The position numbers and the translations under genes are program-made. The notes beneath the pieces were generated by a model. It saw only the letters and a list, made by a program, of their open reading frames with translations. It ran no database searches and was not told the DNA's origin. From Dehalococcoidia bacterium (GTDB taxonomy: Bacteria > Chloroflexota > Dehalococcoidia > SM23-28-2), in contig CP070630.1 of assembly GCA_020356025.1 (NCBI GenBank), positions 1,173,702-1,237,701 on the forward strand: a stretch of 64,000 nt of DNA, written 5' to 3'. Below, in pieces: positions 9,473-17,129 of this stretch; position 1 is the first letter of the stretch, and each line of letters starts with the position of its first letter.

Positions 9473-10690
9473 CTAGGCCCCGCCTCTGTAACGCCAGGGC
9501 AGCCAGGCCCATGGATAGCGTGGAGGGACGCGAACAAGAGTGAGCAGGCTGGGCGAGGTCTTGGCGAGCTCATAGAATAGACGAGAAGGAAAGTCGATGT
9601 CGCCGTACTCCCGCAGAATGTCCTGCCGTCTCCGAGTGCTCAGTATCGCCAATAGTCGCTCTAGCCGTTCGCTGCTCAGGCTGAGGAAGACGCGTCGAAC
9701 ATCTGTGGCCCGCTTGAACTCGTCTCCCAGTTCGTCCATGAACATCCTATGATACCGGGAAAGGAAGGCCTCGGATAGGTTATCCTCCTTTAGGCCTTCT
9801 ATTGCCGCATGGGCCGCAAGTCTGGCCCCGACCAGACCCGGGTATATGCCTCCCCCGGATGTGGGCTTCATGTGACGAGCAGCGTCACCCACAAGTAGAA
9901 CGTTGCTGGCGTACGGCTTCATGGGCATCCACAGCGGCAGCATTCCCGCCTCAAACCGCATCGGCCTCATATTGCCTAGGCGCGCGGGGAACGCTTGAGC
10001 AAGCAACCGAAGAGATTCCAGAGGTTTGAACTCACCGGCTACGCCAGTGCCCACCTGCCATCGACCGTCTCCCATAGGCAGGGCCCATCCGAACCATCCG
10101 GGGGCAGAACTCTTGTCGAGAAAAACCTCCACCATCTGCTGGGAAGGCGTTCCTCCAATGACCTCAGCTGTGAGGCAACTTATGGTCCCGTCCGCCCGAC
10201 CCCGTCCCACCTGCGCCGCCACCGTGGAACTCGCACCATCGGCGCCAATGAGAAGCTTTGTCCGAAACGACAGCCGCCTGCCATGTCGTTCCACGTAGAT
10301 TCTTAGGAGCCTTCCCTCCCTCTGCAGATATGAGAATCGCGCGTTGAGTTCTAGCAGGGCCTGGGCCTCTTGTGCCTGGTGGCATAGAAGGTCATCGAAT
10401 CGGGCCCGATCCACGACCAGGGCATGAACCCTATCGCCGCCGATCACGAGTTCCTTGCCGGAAGGAACGGAGACACGAGCGCCAACGATCCTGTTCAGCA
10501 CTATGTCATGCCCGACACCGGTCGCCTCTAGCGTCCTGGGCGTAACTAGCCCTGAGCAATGGGTCGGGCGGCCCACGGCCGCGTGCTCTTCAAGTACGAG
10601 AACCTTGAAGCCTTTCCGAGCAATGTCCCTCGCGGTCGCTGAGCCCGCTGGGCCAGCGCCGACAACGACCGCGTCGTAGAGCGTTCGCAA
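9473..10690 (-). CDS. Geranylgeranyl reductase family FAD-dependent oxidoreductase
   Basis: N-terminal YDAVVVGAGPAGSATARDIARKGFKVLVLEE (dinucleotide-binding fold), then HCSGLV and LVGDAARH. TTG start with AGGAG 7 nt upstream. The SD overlaps the stop of the upstream gene. Confidence 0.8.
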   Translation of the reverse strand: MRTLYDAVVVGAGPAGSATARDIARKGFKVLVLEEHAAVGRPTHCSGLVTPRTLEATGVGHDIVLNRIVGARVSVPSGKELVIGGDRVHALVVDRARFDDLLCHQAQEAQALLELNARFSYLQREGRLLRIYVERHGRRLSFRTKLLIGADGASSTVAAQVGRGRADGTISCLTAEVIGGTPSQQMVEVFLDKSSAPGWFGWALPMGDGRWQVGTGVAGEFKPLESLRLLAQAFPARLGNMRPMRFEAGMLPLWMPMKPYASNVLLVGDAARHMKPTSGGGIYPGLVGARLAAHAAIEGLKEDNLSEAFLSRYHRMFMDELGDEFKRATDVRRVFLSLSSERLERLLAILSTRRRQDILREYGDIDFPSRLFYELAKTSPSLLTLVRVPPRYPWAWLPWRYRGGA

Positions 10691-10700
10691 GCGAAATCTC

Positions 10701-11882
10701 CTAGGGGGCCCTTCCGGGTATGACGAGTGTTTGCCCCGCGTGAATCAAGTTTGGATCGGCTATGTCATTGGCGGCTGCTATCTCAGTGAAATGGAGACCG
10801 AAGACAGTGCCGATGTCTATCAATGTATCGCCAGGCTGCACCACATAGGTCAGGCTCGAGGGAGTCGTTGGGGAAGGAAGAGGGCCAGGGGGCAGGGCTT
10901 CCGCTAGAGCCGTGGGCGCTGGGGTCTGAGGGGTCGCTGAGGGTGACTCCGCGGGAGCGCTGGGAGGCGGTGATTCCGGGGTAGCGGTCGCTGACGGCGT
11001 CGCCTGCTCGGGGCTCGGGGTCTCAGTCACGATTGTTTCCGGCGGGGAACCCTCGACGTCCAGCCACAAGTGGAGAGTCCTGTAGGGCACGTCGTCCTCC
11101 CCTTTGTAGAGGACAAACTCCACTTTCTGGTCGCTGCCCGGCTGCGTGGCCATCAATACCAGGGGGCTTTCCCACTTTTCCTTGTTTGCGAGGTGGAGGC
11201 TGTCAACGCGCGCAGCTGGCTGACCGGCTATCGTTGCCTGCACTCGATAACTGGCTTCTTCCCCTTCGTGATTCACAACGCCGACGATGAGCGTGAATAT
11301 GTCTCCGACATCGACCTCCCTGGGGTACCCCTCAGCTTTGCCGCCCGGCCCCAGGACGTAGAACTCCGTAAACTCTTCCGAACCGGTCGAGGAAGTGGCC
11401 AGAAAGTAGGCGCCGACTCCCAAGCCCGCCAGTGCGAGTACAAGGACGAGGCCCAGGAGTCGGTCCGCCAGACGGAGCCGCGGCCATTTCGGGAGGGCGA
11501 GATTAGCAGGAATCCTCATGGCCTCGTCCGAGGGCAGGATCAATCTCCTGTACGTGGCCACACCGGCGGCGAGGACGATGAACAGGGTTACGAAGGCCAG
11601 TATCGGATTGAGACGAATGCCCCAAGGAGAATAGTTGAGGCCCAGGCCTATTAGGGGGACTACCGCGATACTCAGGCCGAGGCTGAGCGCCAGCCGCTCA
11701 ACAAGGTCTAGGTCATCCTTCCGGGGATAGAGAGCTGCCACAAGCACATACCCAGGCAGGAAAAGGACAAAGACGAGCCCCAGACCAATGCGGGCTGGCT
11801 CAGCAAAAGGGGCAAGGAGCACAATCAGGGTGGTGGCCAGCGCCCACGCTATGGCGAGAGCGAGGTCAGTGCTCCTGTTCAT
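10701..11882 (-). CDS. Membrane protein: DUF1616-like N-terminal helices plus beta-rich domain, Pro/Ser/Thr-rich linker, C-terminal LysM domain
   Basis: The C-terminus YVVQPGDTLIDIGTVFGLHFTEIAAANDIADPNLIHAGQTLVIPG is a canonical LysM. The linker reads SPEQATPSATATPESPPPSAPAESPSATPQTPAPT. The N-terminus has four hydrophobic helices; the DUF1616 resemblance is from memory. Confidence 0.7.
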   Translation of the reverse strand: MNRSTDLALAIAWALATTLIVLLAPFAEPARIGLGLVFVLFLPGYVLVAALYPRKDDLDLVERLALSLGLSIAVVPLIGLGLNYSPWGIRLNPILAFVTLFIVLAAGVATYRRLILPSDEAMRIPANLALPKWPRLRLADRLLGLVLVLALAGLGVGAYFLATSSTGSEEFTEFYVLGPGGKAEGYPREVDVGDIFTLIVGVVNHEGEEASYRVQATIAGQPAARVDSLHLANKEKWESPLVLMATQPGSDQKVEFVLYKGEDDVPYRTLHLWLDVEGSPPETIVTETPSPEQATPSATATPESPPPSAPAESPSATPQTPAPTALAEALPPGPLPSPTTPSSLTYVVQPGDTLIDIGTVFGLHFTEIAAANDIADPNLIHAGQTLVIPGRAP

Positions 11883-12015
11883 GCCCAGATTGTACTACTC
11901 TTCTGCCTTTCCTCAAAAACCCACAATCCACAAGTCACCGCTCCAATATTGCATGATGATACCTCAGAAGTCGGCAGTTCCAAGGGTTCGTCATTTGGCG
12001 GCACGCGGCCCAGGT

Positions 12016-12171
12016 CTAGTACAGCTTGATCAGGCTCACGCCGTCCAAGGGGCAGCGGTTCACGCACAGGGTGCAGGGGATGCACTCGTCCTCGTTCTCA
12101 GCGACCGCCTGGGCCGTCTTCCCCTCGGAGCGGGTGAAAGATGGCCACCTGAAGGTTCACGAAGGTACCAT
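12016..12171 (-). pseudogene. Small 4Fe-4S ferredoxin-motif ORF interrupted by an in-frame TGA at codon 5 (pseudogene, or Sec/readthrough candidate)
   Basis: My translation is MVPS-TGA-TFRWPSFTRSEGKTAQAVAENEDECIPCTLCVNRCPLDGVSLIKLY*. It contains C-x2-C-x2-C-x3-C-P. GAGGTG lies 7 nt upstream of ATG 12171, which is 13 nt after the M16 stop codon. There is no alternative start downstream of the TGA. Confidence 0.35.
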
Positions 12172-12184
12172 CGCTGGCACCTCG

Positions 12185-13459
12185 CTAATCCGACGCCAGA
12201 TCCGCTAGCTCCTCGCTTTCCACGTCGGGGCCGATCACTGACAGAACCAGTTTGCCCGCCTGGACGATGCGGCGGGCGACCCGGAGGACATCGTCGGCGG
12301 TAATGGCCTGCACCTTCTCCACCACGGACTCGATGGGCTCGATCTCGCCCATGGTCAGGAGGAGGTCGCCGGCTCGCTGGCCCAGGGCCATGGACGTCTC
12401 GAGGCTGAGGCGGAAGCTGCCGACGCTGTAGTCGCGGACCTTCGTCATCTCGTCGGCACCCACGGGCTCCTCGAGGAGCTTGTGCAGCTCGCCCACAATG
12501 ACGCGCACTGTTTCCTTCAGGTTCTGGGGGGCGACGCCGGCGCTGATCACGAGCAGGCCGGTGTCGAAGTAGCGGCTGACGGACGAGCCGACCGAGTAAG
12601 CCAGGCCTCGCCTTTCGCGGACCTCTTTGAACAGGCGGGAGCTCATGCCCCGACCGAGGAGACTGTTGAATATCATGAGGGCGTAGCGGTCGGGGTCCTT
12701 TCTGGCGAAAGCGGGGAGGGCCATGGCCAGGTTGGCCTGGCTTATGGGACGGCTCTCGACGGCCACGCGCTGGGTGGGGAGGTCGGGATCGAGGGGCAGG
12801 AAGGAAGGGGAGGGTTTGGCTGGACGGTCTTCGAAGTGGCGGCGGGCCACGGTCAGCACATCCTGGTGGCTGACGTTGCCGGCCACGCTCATGACGGTGT
12901 TGGCTGGCACGTACCAGGCATCCATATAGCTCAGGAAGTCCTGGCGCTGCATGGTGGCCACCGTCTCCTCGTTGCCGGCGGTGCTCCAGCCGAGGGGCTG
13001 GTCGCCGTAGAAGGCCTGGGTCAGCAGCTCGCCCACCCACGCGCCCGGCTGGTCGCGATTGCGGCGGATCTCCTGCTGGACGACCGAGCGCTCCCGCTCC
13101 ATCTCCTGGGCATCGAGCAAGGGGTGCAAGAGCATGTCGGCCAGCACATCGACGGCCAGCTCGAGCTTCTCGTAGGGGAGATGGTTCCAGAAGCAGGTGA
13201 CCTCCTTGGAGGTGTAGGCGTTAAGGACGCCGCCCGCCCCCTCGACGGCCTCGGCGATGGCCATGGCGGTGGGGCGGCGCTCACTTCCCTTGAATACCAT
13301 GTGCTCCAAGAAGTGAGCGAGCCCTTGAGAGCCGCGCTCCTCGGCTCGGGAGCCGGTTCCGATGAAGAAGCCGACGCTGACGGACTGGGCGGTGGCGAGG
13401 GGCGTGGTCACCACTCGCAAGCCGTTGGCGAGCTCGGAGATCTCCCAGGAGATGGGCAT
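12185..13459 (-). CDS. M16 family (pitrilysin/insulinase-type) zinc peptidase
   Basis: HFLEHMVFKG is the inverted HxxEH zinc motif, and the length fits a two-domain M16 enzyme. I prefer ATG 13459 (MPISWEISELANGLRVV). Confidence 0.85.
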   Translation of the reverse strand: MPISWEISELANGLRVVTTPLATAQSVSVGFFIGTGSRAEERGSQGLAHFLEHMVFKGSERRPTAMAIAEAVEGAGGVLNAYTSKEVTCFWNHLPYEKLELAVDVLADMLLHPLLDAQEMERERSVVQQEIRRNRDQPGAWVGELLTQAFYGDQPLGWSTAGNEETVATMQRQDFLSYMDAWYVPANTVMSVAGNVSHQDVLTVARRHFEDRPAKPSPSFLPLDPDLPTQRVAVESRPISQANLAMALPAFARKDPDRYALMIFNSLLGRGMSSRLFKEVRERRGLAYSVGSSVSRYFDTGLLVISAGVAPQNLKETVRVIVGELHKLLEEPVGADEMTKVRDYSVGSFRLSLETSMALGQRAGDLLLTMGEIEPIESVVEKVQAITADDVLRVARRIVQAGKLVLSVIGPDVESEELADLASD

Positions 13460-13626
13460 GCACGCCCCCTTTCTAAGCCGGTCGAGAGTAGGCTCAGTAT
13501 AGGTGAGCGATAATCGGATGGTCAAGAAAGAGGGTGACCTGATCTCGGGTCTGCGGCTCTCTTCGCGGTCGGGATTCTGATAATCGATCTACCTTTTTGG
13601 CTAGTTCCCCCGGGCCTCCCCAATGC

Positions 13627-13656
13627 TTGACAGGCCTTTGCCGCCGCCCGTATGAT
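13627..13656 (+). promoter_or_regulatory. Candidate sigma-70-type promoter for pyrG
   Basis: TTGACA-N18-TATGAT, 14 nt upstream of the pyrG ATG. Confidence 0.45.
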
Positions 13657-13669
13657 GATTGTGAATTAC

Positions 13670-15319
13670 ATGACGAAGTACATTTTCGTCACCGGCGGTG
13701 TGGTGAGTTCCGTGGGGAAGGGGATCACCACCGCCGCTCTCGGTCGGCTCCTCAAGGCCCGCAGCATCCCCGTCGTCATCCAGAAGCTCGATCCGTATCT
13801 GAACGTCGACCCCGGCACGATGTCCCCCTACCAGCACGGCGAGGTGTTCGTCACGAGCGACGGCGCGGAAACCGACCTCGATCTGGGCCACTACGAGCGC
13901 TTCCTGGATCAGGACCTGACGCAGGCCAGTTCCGTGACCTCCGGCCAGATCTATCAGGCGGTGATCGCCAAGGAGCGACGGGGCGTGTATCTGGGCCGCA
14001 CCATCCAGTCCATCCCACACGTGACGAACGAGATCAAGGAGCACATTCGCGCTGTCGGGCGGGAGAGCGAAGCCAACGTGGTGATTGTGGAGGTGGGGGG
14101 CACAGTGGGCGACATCGAGGGGCAGCCCTTCTTGGAGGCCGTGCGCCAGATGCGCAAGGAGGAGGGACGGGAGGACACGCTAGCGATCCATGTGACCTTC
14201 CTGCCTTTTATCTCCGCCACCGGTGAGCTGAAGACCAAGCCCACGCAGCACAGCGTTCGCGAGCTGCGCAGCATGGGCATCCAGCCCGACGTGATCATGT
14301 GCCGCAGCGATCACAAGATGACCGACGACCTGCGGGACAAGATCTCGCTGTTCTGCGACGTGGAGAAGCGGGCGGTCGTGCCGCTTCCTACAATGTCGAC
14401 TATCTACGAGGTGCCGCTGACCCTTGAGCAGGCTGGCCTGACGGCTTACATGATGGAGCGCCTGAATCTCCCCGGCGTTTCCCGCGATCTGGCCGATTGG
14501 CAGAAGTGGGTGGAGCGGTTGAAGAGCCCGAGCGGTCGGGTTTCGGTGGCGGTGGTCGGGAAGTACGCGGAACTGCCCGATGCCTACCTTTCGGTGAAGG
14601 AGTCCCTGATCCACGCGGCCGTTCACTACGGCTTGGCGGTGGATATCCGCTGGGTGCCCGCAGGCGAACTGGAGGAGGGCGGCGGTGTGGCCGCGGTGGA
14701 GGGGGTGGACGGCATCGTGGTGCCCGGCGGCTTCGGCGAGCGGGCCATCGACGGGAAGGTTCGTGCCGCCCGCTACGCGCGCGAAAAGGGGGTGCCCTAT
14801 TTGGGGCTGTGCCTGGGCCTGCAGATCATGGTCATCGAATTCGCCCGGCATCTGTTCAAGAGCGACGATCCTCACTCCACGGAGTTCTGCCCCGACACGC
14901 CGTATCCGGTGATAAGCCTTCTCTCCGAGCAGGAGGGAATCGAGGACAAGGGAGGCACGATGCGTTTGGGCGGTTACCCATGCCAGCTGGTGGATGGCAG
15001 CAAGACGCGCGCTGCTTACGGCCAGCCGGAGGTGGTGGAGCGGCACCGGCATCGCTACGAGTTCAACAATGCCTATCGGAAGGCGCTGGCTGAGGCCGGC
15101 CTCATCCCGAGCGGTCTGTCGCCCGACGGGACGCTGGTGGAGATCTGCGAGCTGCGGGATCATCCCTGGATGGTGGGCTCACAGTTCCATCCCGAGTTCC
15201 GCTCCCGGCCCAACCGGCCTCATCCTCTGTTTAGGGGCTTTCTGGAGGCGGTCGCGCGAAGGGCTGGGAAGTTGCCCGCCTCGGCAGCCGCCGTCGAGGA
15301 AACGTCTCGCCGTCGGTGA
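13670..15319 (+). CDS. pyrG: CTP synthase
   Basis: [23 protein letters not shown] at the N-terminus, and a GATase domain with GLCLGLQ and HRHRYEFN. Confidence 0.95.
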   Translation: MTKYIFVTGGVVSSVGKGITTAALGRLLKARSIPVVIQKLDPYLNVDPGTMSPYQHGEVFVTSDGAETDLDLGHYERFLDQDLTQASSVTSGQIYQAVIAKERRGVYLGRTIQSIPHVTNEIKEHIRAVGRESEANVVIVEVGGTVGDIEGQPFLEAVRQMRKEEGREDTLAIHVTFLPFISATGELKTKPTQHSVRELRSMGIQPDVIMCRSDHKMTDDLRDKISLFCDVEKRAVVPLPTMSTIYEVPLTLEQAGLTAYMMERLNLPGVSRDLADWQKWVERLKSPSGRVSVAVVGKYAELPDAYLSVKESLIHAAVHYGLAVDIRWVPAGELEEGGGVAAVEGVDGIVVPGGFGERAIDGKVRAARYAREKGVPYLGLCLGLQIMVIEFARHLFKSDDPHSTEFCPDTPYPVISLLSEQEGIEDKGGTMRLGGYPCQLVDGSKTRAAYGQPEVVERHRHRYEFNNAYRKALAEAGLIPSGLSPDGTLVEICELRDHPWMVGSQFHPEFRSRPNRPHPLFRGFLEAVARRAGKLPASAAAVEETSRRR

Positions 15320-15388
15320 GGCTGGCGGCGGGCGGGGCGCTTTTCCGGGGGACTAGAAGAGGCTATAATCCTTTCTGAGAGGGTCACG

Positions 15389-16060
15389 ATGCGCTTATTT
15401 CTGGATACGGCGAGCGTCGATGAGATCCGAGAAGCGGCAAAGCTGGGTGTTATCTCGGGGGTGACCACCAACCCCACGCTTTGGGCCAAGGCCGGCGGAG
15501 GCGACTACCGGGATGTCGTTGTGGAGATCTGCGGCATTGTGGATGGGCCTATCTCTGCCGAGTGCCTCTCCCGCGATGTGGAGGGACTGGTGGAGGAGGC
15601 GAAGCGCGTCGCCGGCTGGCACCCGAACGTGGTGGTGAAGATACCCATCGATGAGGCGGGGCTGGAGGCGACCTCCCGCCTATCCAAGGAGGGGGTCAAG
15701 GTAAACATGACCTTGGTCTTCTCCGCCAATCAGGCTCTCCTGGCCGCCCACGCAGGGGCGACCTTTATCAGCCCGTTTGTCGGGCGCCTGGACGATGTGG
15801 GGCACGATGGCATGGCGGTGGTGGCGGACAGTGTGCAGATCCTGGAGCGCTATCACCTGCCGAATCAGGTGCTGGCGGCCAGCCTGAGGCATCCTCTCCA
15901 TGTGATCGGGGCTGCGAAGGCCGGCGCTCACATCGCGACGATGCCCTACAGCGTGCTCAAAGGGATGCTTCGCCATCCCCTGACCGACGTGGGGATCGAG
16001 CGCTTCCTGGCCGACGCTGAGAAGGCGGCGAAAGCGGCGCGGTCGGCGGGTAAGCGCTGA
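15389..16060 (+). CDS. tal: Transaldolase / fructose-6-phosphate aldolase family (short type)
   Basis: [36 protein letters not shown] and [13 protein letters not shown]. Confidence 0.9.
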   Translation: MRLFLDTASVDEIREAAKLGVISGVTTNPTLWAKAGGGDYRDVVVEICGIVDGPISAECLSRDVEGLVEEAKRVAGWHPNVVVKIPIDEAGLEATSRLSKEGVKVNMTLVFSANQALLAAHAGATFISPFVGRLDDVGHDGMAVVADSVQILERYHLPNQVLAASLRHPLHVIGAAKAGAHIATMPYSVLKGMLRHPLTDVGIERFLADAEKAAKAARSAGKR

Positions 16061-16121
16061 CCTCCCGTTTCATCGAGCCACACGCTATCTGATCCCCTTC
16101 GAGTACGAGAAGCGCACGGGA

Positions 16122-16150
16122 TTGACTAGCATTCCAGATTGGGCTAGACT
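16122..16150 (+). promoter_or_regulatory. Candidate promoter for the desulforedoxin-like gene pair
   Basis: TTGACT-N17-TAGACT, about 70 nt upstream of GTG 16221. Confidence 0.45.
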
Positions 16151-16220
16151 GAGGCCGAGAAGGGTGGGCGTTCTGTCGAGAAGCGTTGCCCTGTATACGT
16201 GTGATGGAGGCTGACGGTAA

Positions 16221-16340
16221 GTGGCCAATCAGGTGGGCAAGCGGTATCAATGCACCAAGTGCGGCACGGAGATGATCGTTACCAAGGGTGGCGAGGGAAA
16301 CCTCTCCTGCTGTGGCGAGCCCATGCAACTGAAGCAATAG
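16221..16340 (+). CDS. Desulforedoxin-like small Fe(Cys)4 protein, copy 1 (39 aa)
   Basis: Below the track size cutoff. GTG start with GGAGG 10 nt upstream. Sequence (M)ANQVGKRYQCTKCGTEMIVTKGGEGNLSCCGEPMQLKQ* matches the desulforedoxin pattern Y-x-C-x2-C-G...GG-x-G-x-L-x-C-C-G-E-x-M (D. gigas Dx as I remember it). Confidence 0.75.
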   Translation: MANQVGKRYQCTKCGTEMIVTKGGEGNLSCCGEPMQLKQ

Positions 16341-16353
16341 GGGGAGGTGGAGC

Positions 16354-16497
16354 ATGGCTAACCAGTTGGGTAAGCGATTTCAGTGCGAGAAGTGCGGGAC
16401 AGAGGTGCTGTGCATCAAGCCAAGCAATGGAAACGTCCATTGCTGCGGAGTGCCGATGAAGCTGCTGGAGCCGAAGGTTCTGCCGTCGGCTGACTAG
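16354..16497 (+). CDS. Desulforedoxin-like small Fe(Cys)4 protein, copy 2 (47 aa)
   Basis: GGGGGAGGTGG SD, then ATG. Sequence MANQLGKRFQCEKCGTEVLCIKPSNGNVHCCGVPMKLLEPKVLPSAD*. It is a paralogue of copy 1 with the same CxxC...CC spacing. Confidence 0.75.
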   Translation: MANQLGKRFQCEKCGTEVLCIKPSNGNVHCCGVPMKLLEPKVLPSAD

Positions 16498-16519
16498 CCC
16501 GCTCGCCGGAGAAAAGGAG

Positions 16520-16552
16520 AGGCCGCTGGGAATGCTCTCAGCGGCCTTTTTG
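16520..16552. terminator. Rho-independent terminator between convergent genes (clear for the plus strand, plausible for the minus strand)
   Basis: AGGCCGCUG-(10 nt loop)-CAGCGGCCU, a perfect 9-bp stem followed by UUUUUG. It lies 22 nt after the Dx-2 stop and 20 nt after the minus-strand FTR-like stop. Confidence 0.65.
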
Positions 16553-16572
16553 TGCCCACTGGGGATGGTGGC

Positions 16573-17001
16573 TTATGGCTTCTTGGGTGCGCGCTTGCTC
16601 TTGGGAAGCCTAGCTGCTTCCTCCGCGGCAGGGAAGAGGCTCTCTCCCAGAGGTGCCACCTCTCCCAGGGTGCTGGGCGCTATCTCCCCCGTCTCCTCGT
16701 AGCGGCGAAGAAACTCTTCGCTCACGAAGAACATTCATATGCAGAAGCCATCGCGGGCGATGTCCTCGTGATGCCTCTCGCAGGGGCAGATCTTCTTGCG
16801 ATCCTCCACGGGATCGCCGCTGAGGGTCATTCAGGGGCAGTAGAGGCGGCCGTGGTTGACGAGGTTCTTGGCCAGGCCCCGCTGGATGCTGTCCACGGTG
16901 TCCGCGAGGGGGAAGAACTGGTAGGGCCCACGCTCGACGTAGCGCTCGGACATGCGCTTGGCGCGCTCAAGGGCCTCCTCGAAGGTGACCGTCTTCTCCA
17001 T
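16573..17001 (-). CDS. Ferredoxin:thioredoxin reductase catalytic-subunit-like protein with two in-frame UGA codons (predicted Sec57 and Sec89)
   Basis: Absent from the track because it is split by TGAs. My codon-by-codon translation is MEKTVTFEEALERAKRMSERYVERGPYQFFPLADTVDSIQRGLAKNLVNHGRLYCP[TGA]MTLSGDPVEDRKKICPCERHHEDIARDGFCI[TGA]MFFVSEEFLRRYEETGEIAPSTLGEVAPLGESLFPAAEEAARLPKSKRAPKKP*. It reproduces the FTR CPC...CPC...CHC(M)LF layout. GAGAGGAG SD lies upstream of ATG 17001, and TATAAT sits at 17034..17039 on the minus strand. Confidence 0.7.
16705..16721 (-). promoter_or_regulatory. SECIS-like hairpin downstream of UGA-2 (16735..16737)
   Basis: mRNA GCGAAGA-GUU-UCUUCGC: perfect 7-bp stem, GU in the loop, also starting 13 nt after the UGA. 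Confidence 0.5.
16798..16817 (-). promoter_or_regulatory. SECIS-like hairpin downstream of UGA-1 (16831..16833)
   Basis: mRNA GCGAUCC-CGUGGA-GGAUCGC: perfect 7-bp stem, GU in the loop, starting 13 nt after the UGA. Confidence 0.5.
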
Positions 17002-17129
17002 AGTGCTCCTCTCTAGCCACGCAGATCGAGTCTATTATAGCCTCTCTTGGTGGGCAAAGAGCTTCCAACAATGCTAAGATGCTCCAGCCAGCGCAATCGA
17101 GGAAATGATTCCGCTGTAGGGGGATTGGC

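Noticed and set aside
12060-13513. ORFs 12060..13040(-), 12482..13513(+) and 13021..13284(-)
   Set aside because: These are alternative frames or the opposite strand of the M16 peptidase gene, which carries the HxxEH motif. They are Arg/Gly/Pro-rich shadows.
13526-13669. Strand-switch point (minus-strand to plus-strand genes) as a possible replication origin
   Set aside because: I see no DnaA-box cluster or marked AT-rich tract in this 144-bp divergent spacer, only a good pyrG promoter. The DnaA boxes are 13 kb further on, at 26.8 kb.
16735-16833. Genome-wide reassignment of TGA (to Trp or Gly) as the explanation for the in-frame TGAs
   Set aside because: Many clearly complete genes in the window end with TGA at the expected position (pyrG, tal, purQ, folE, rpsQ and others). 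Both internal TGAs align to Cys, not to Trp or Gly columns.
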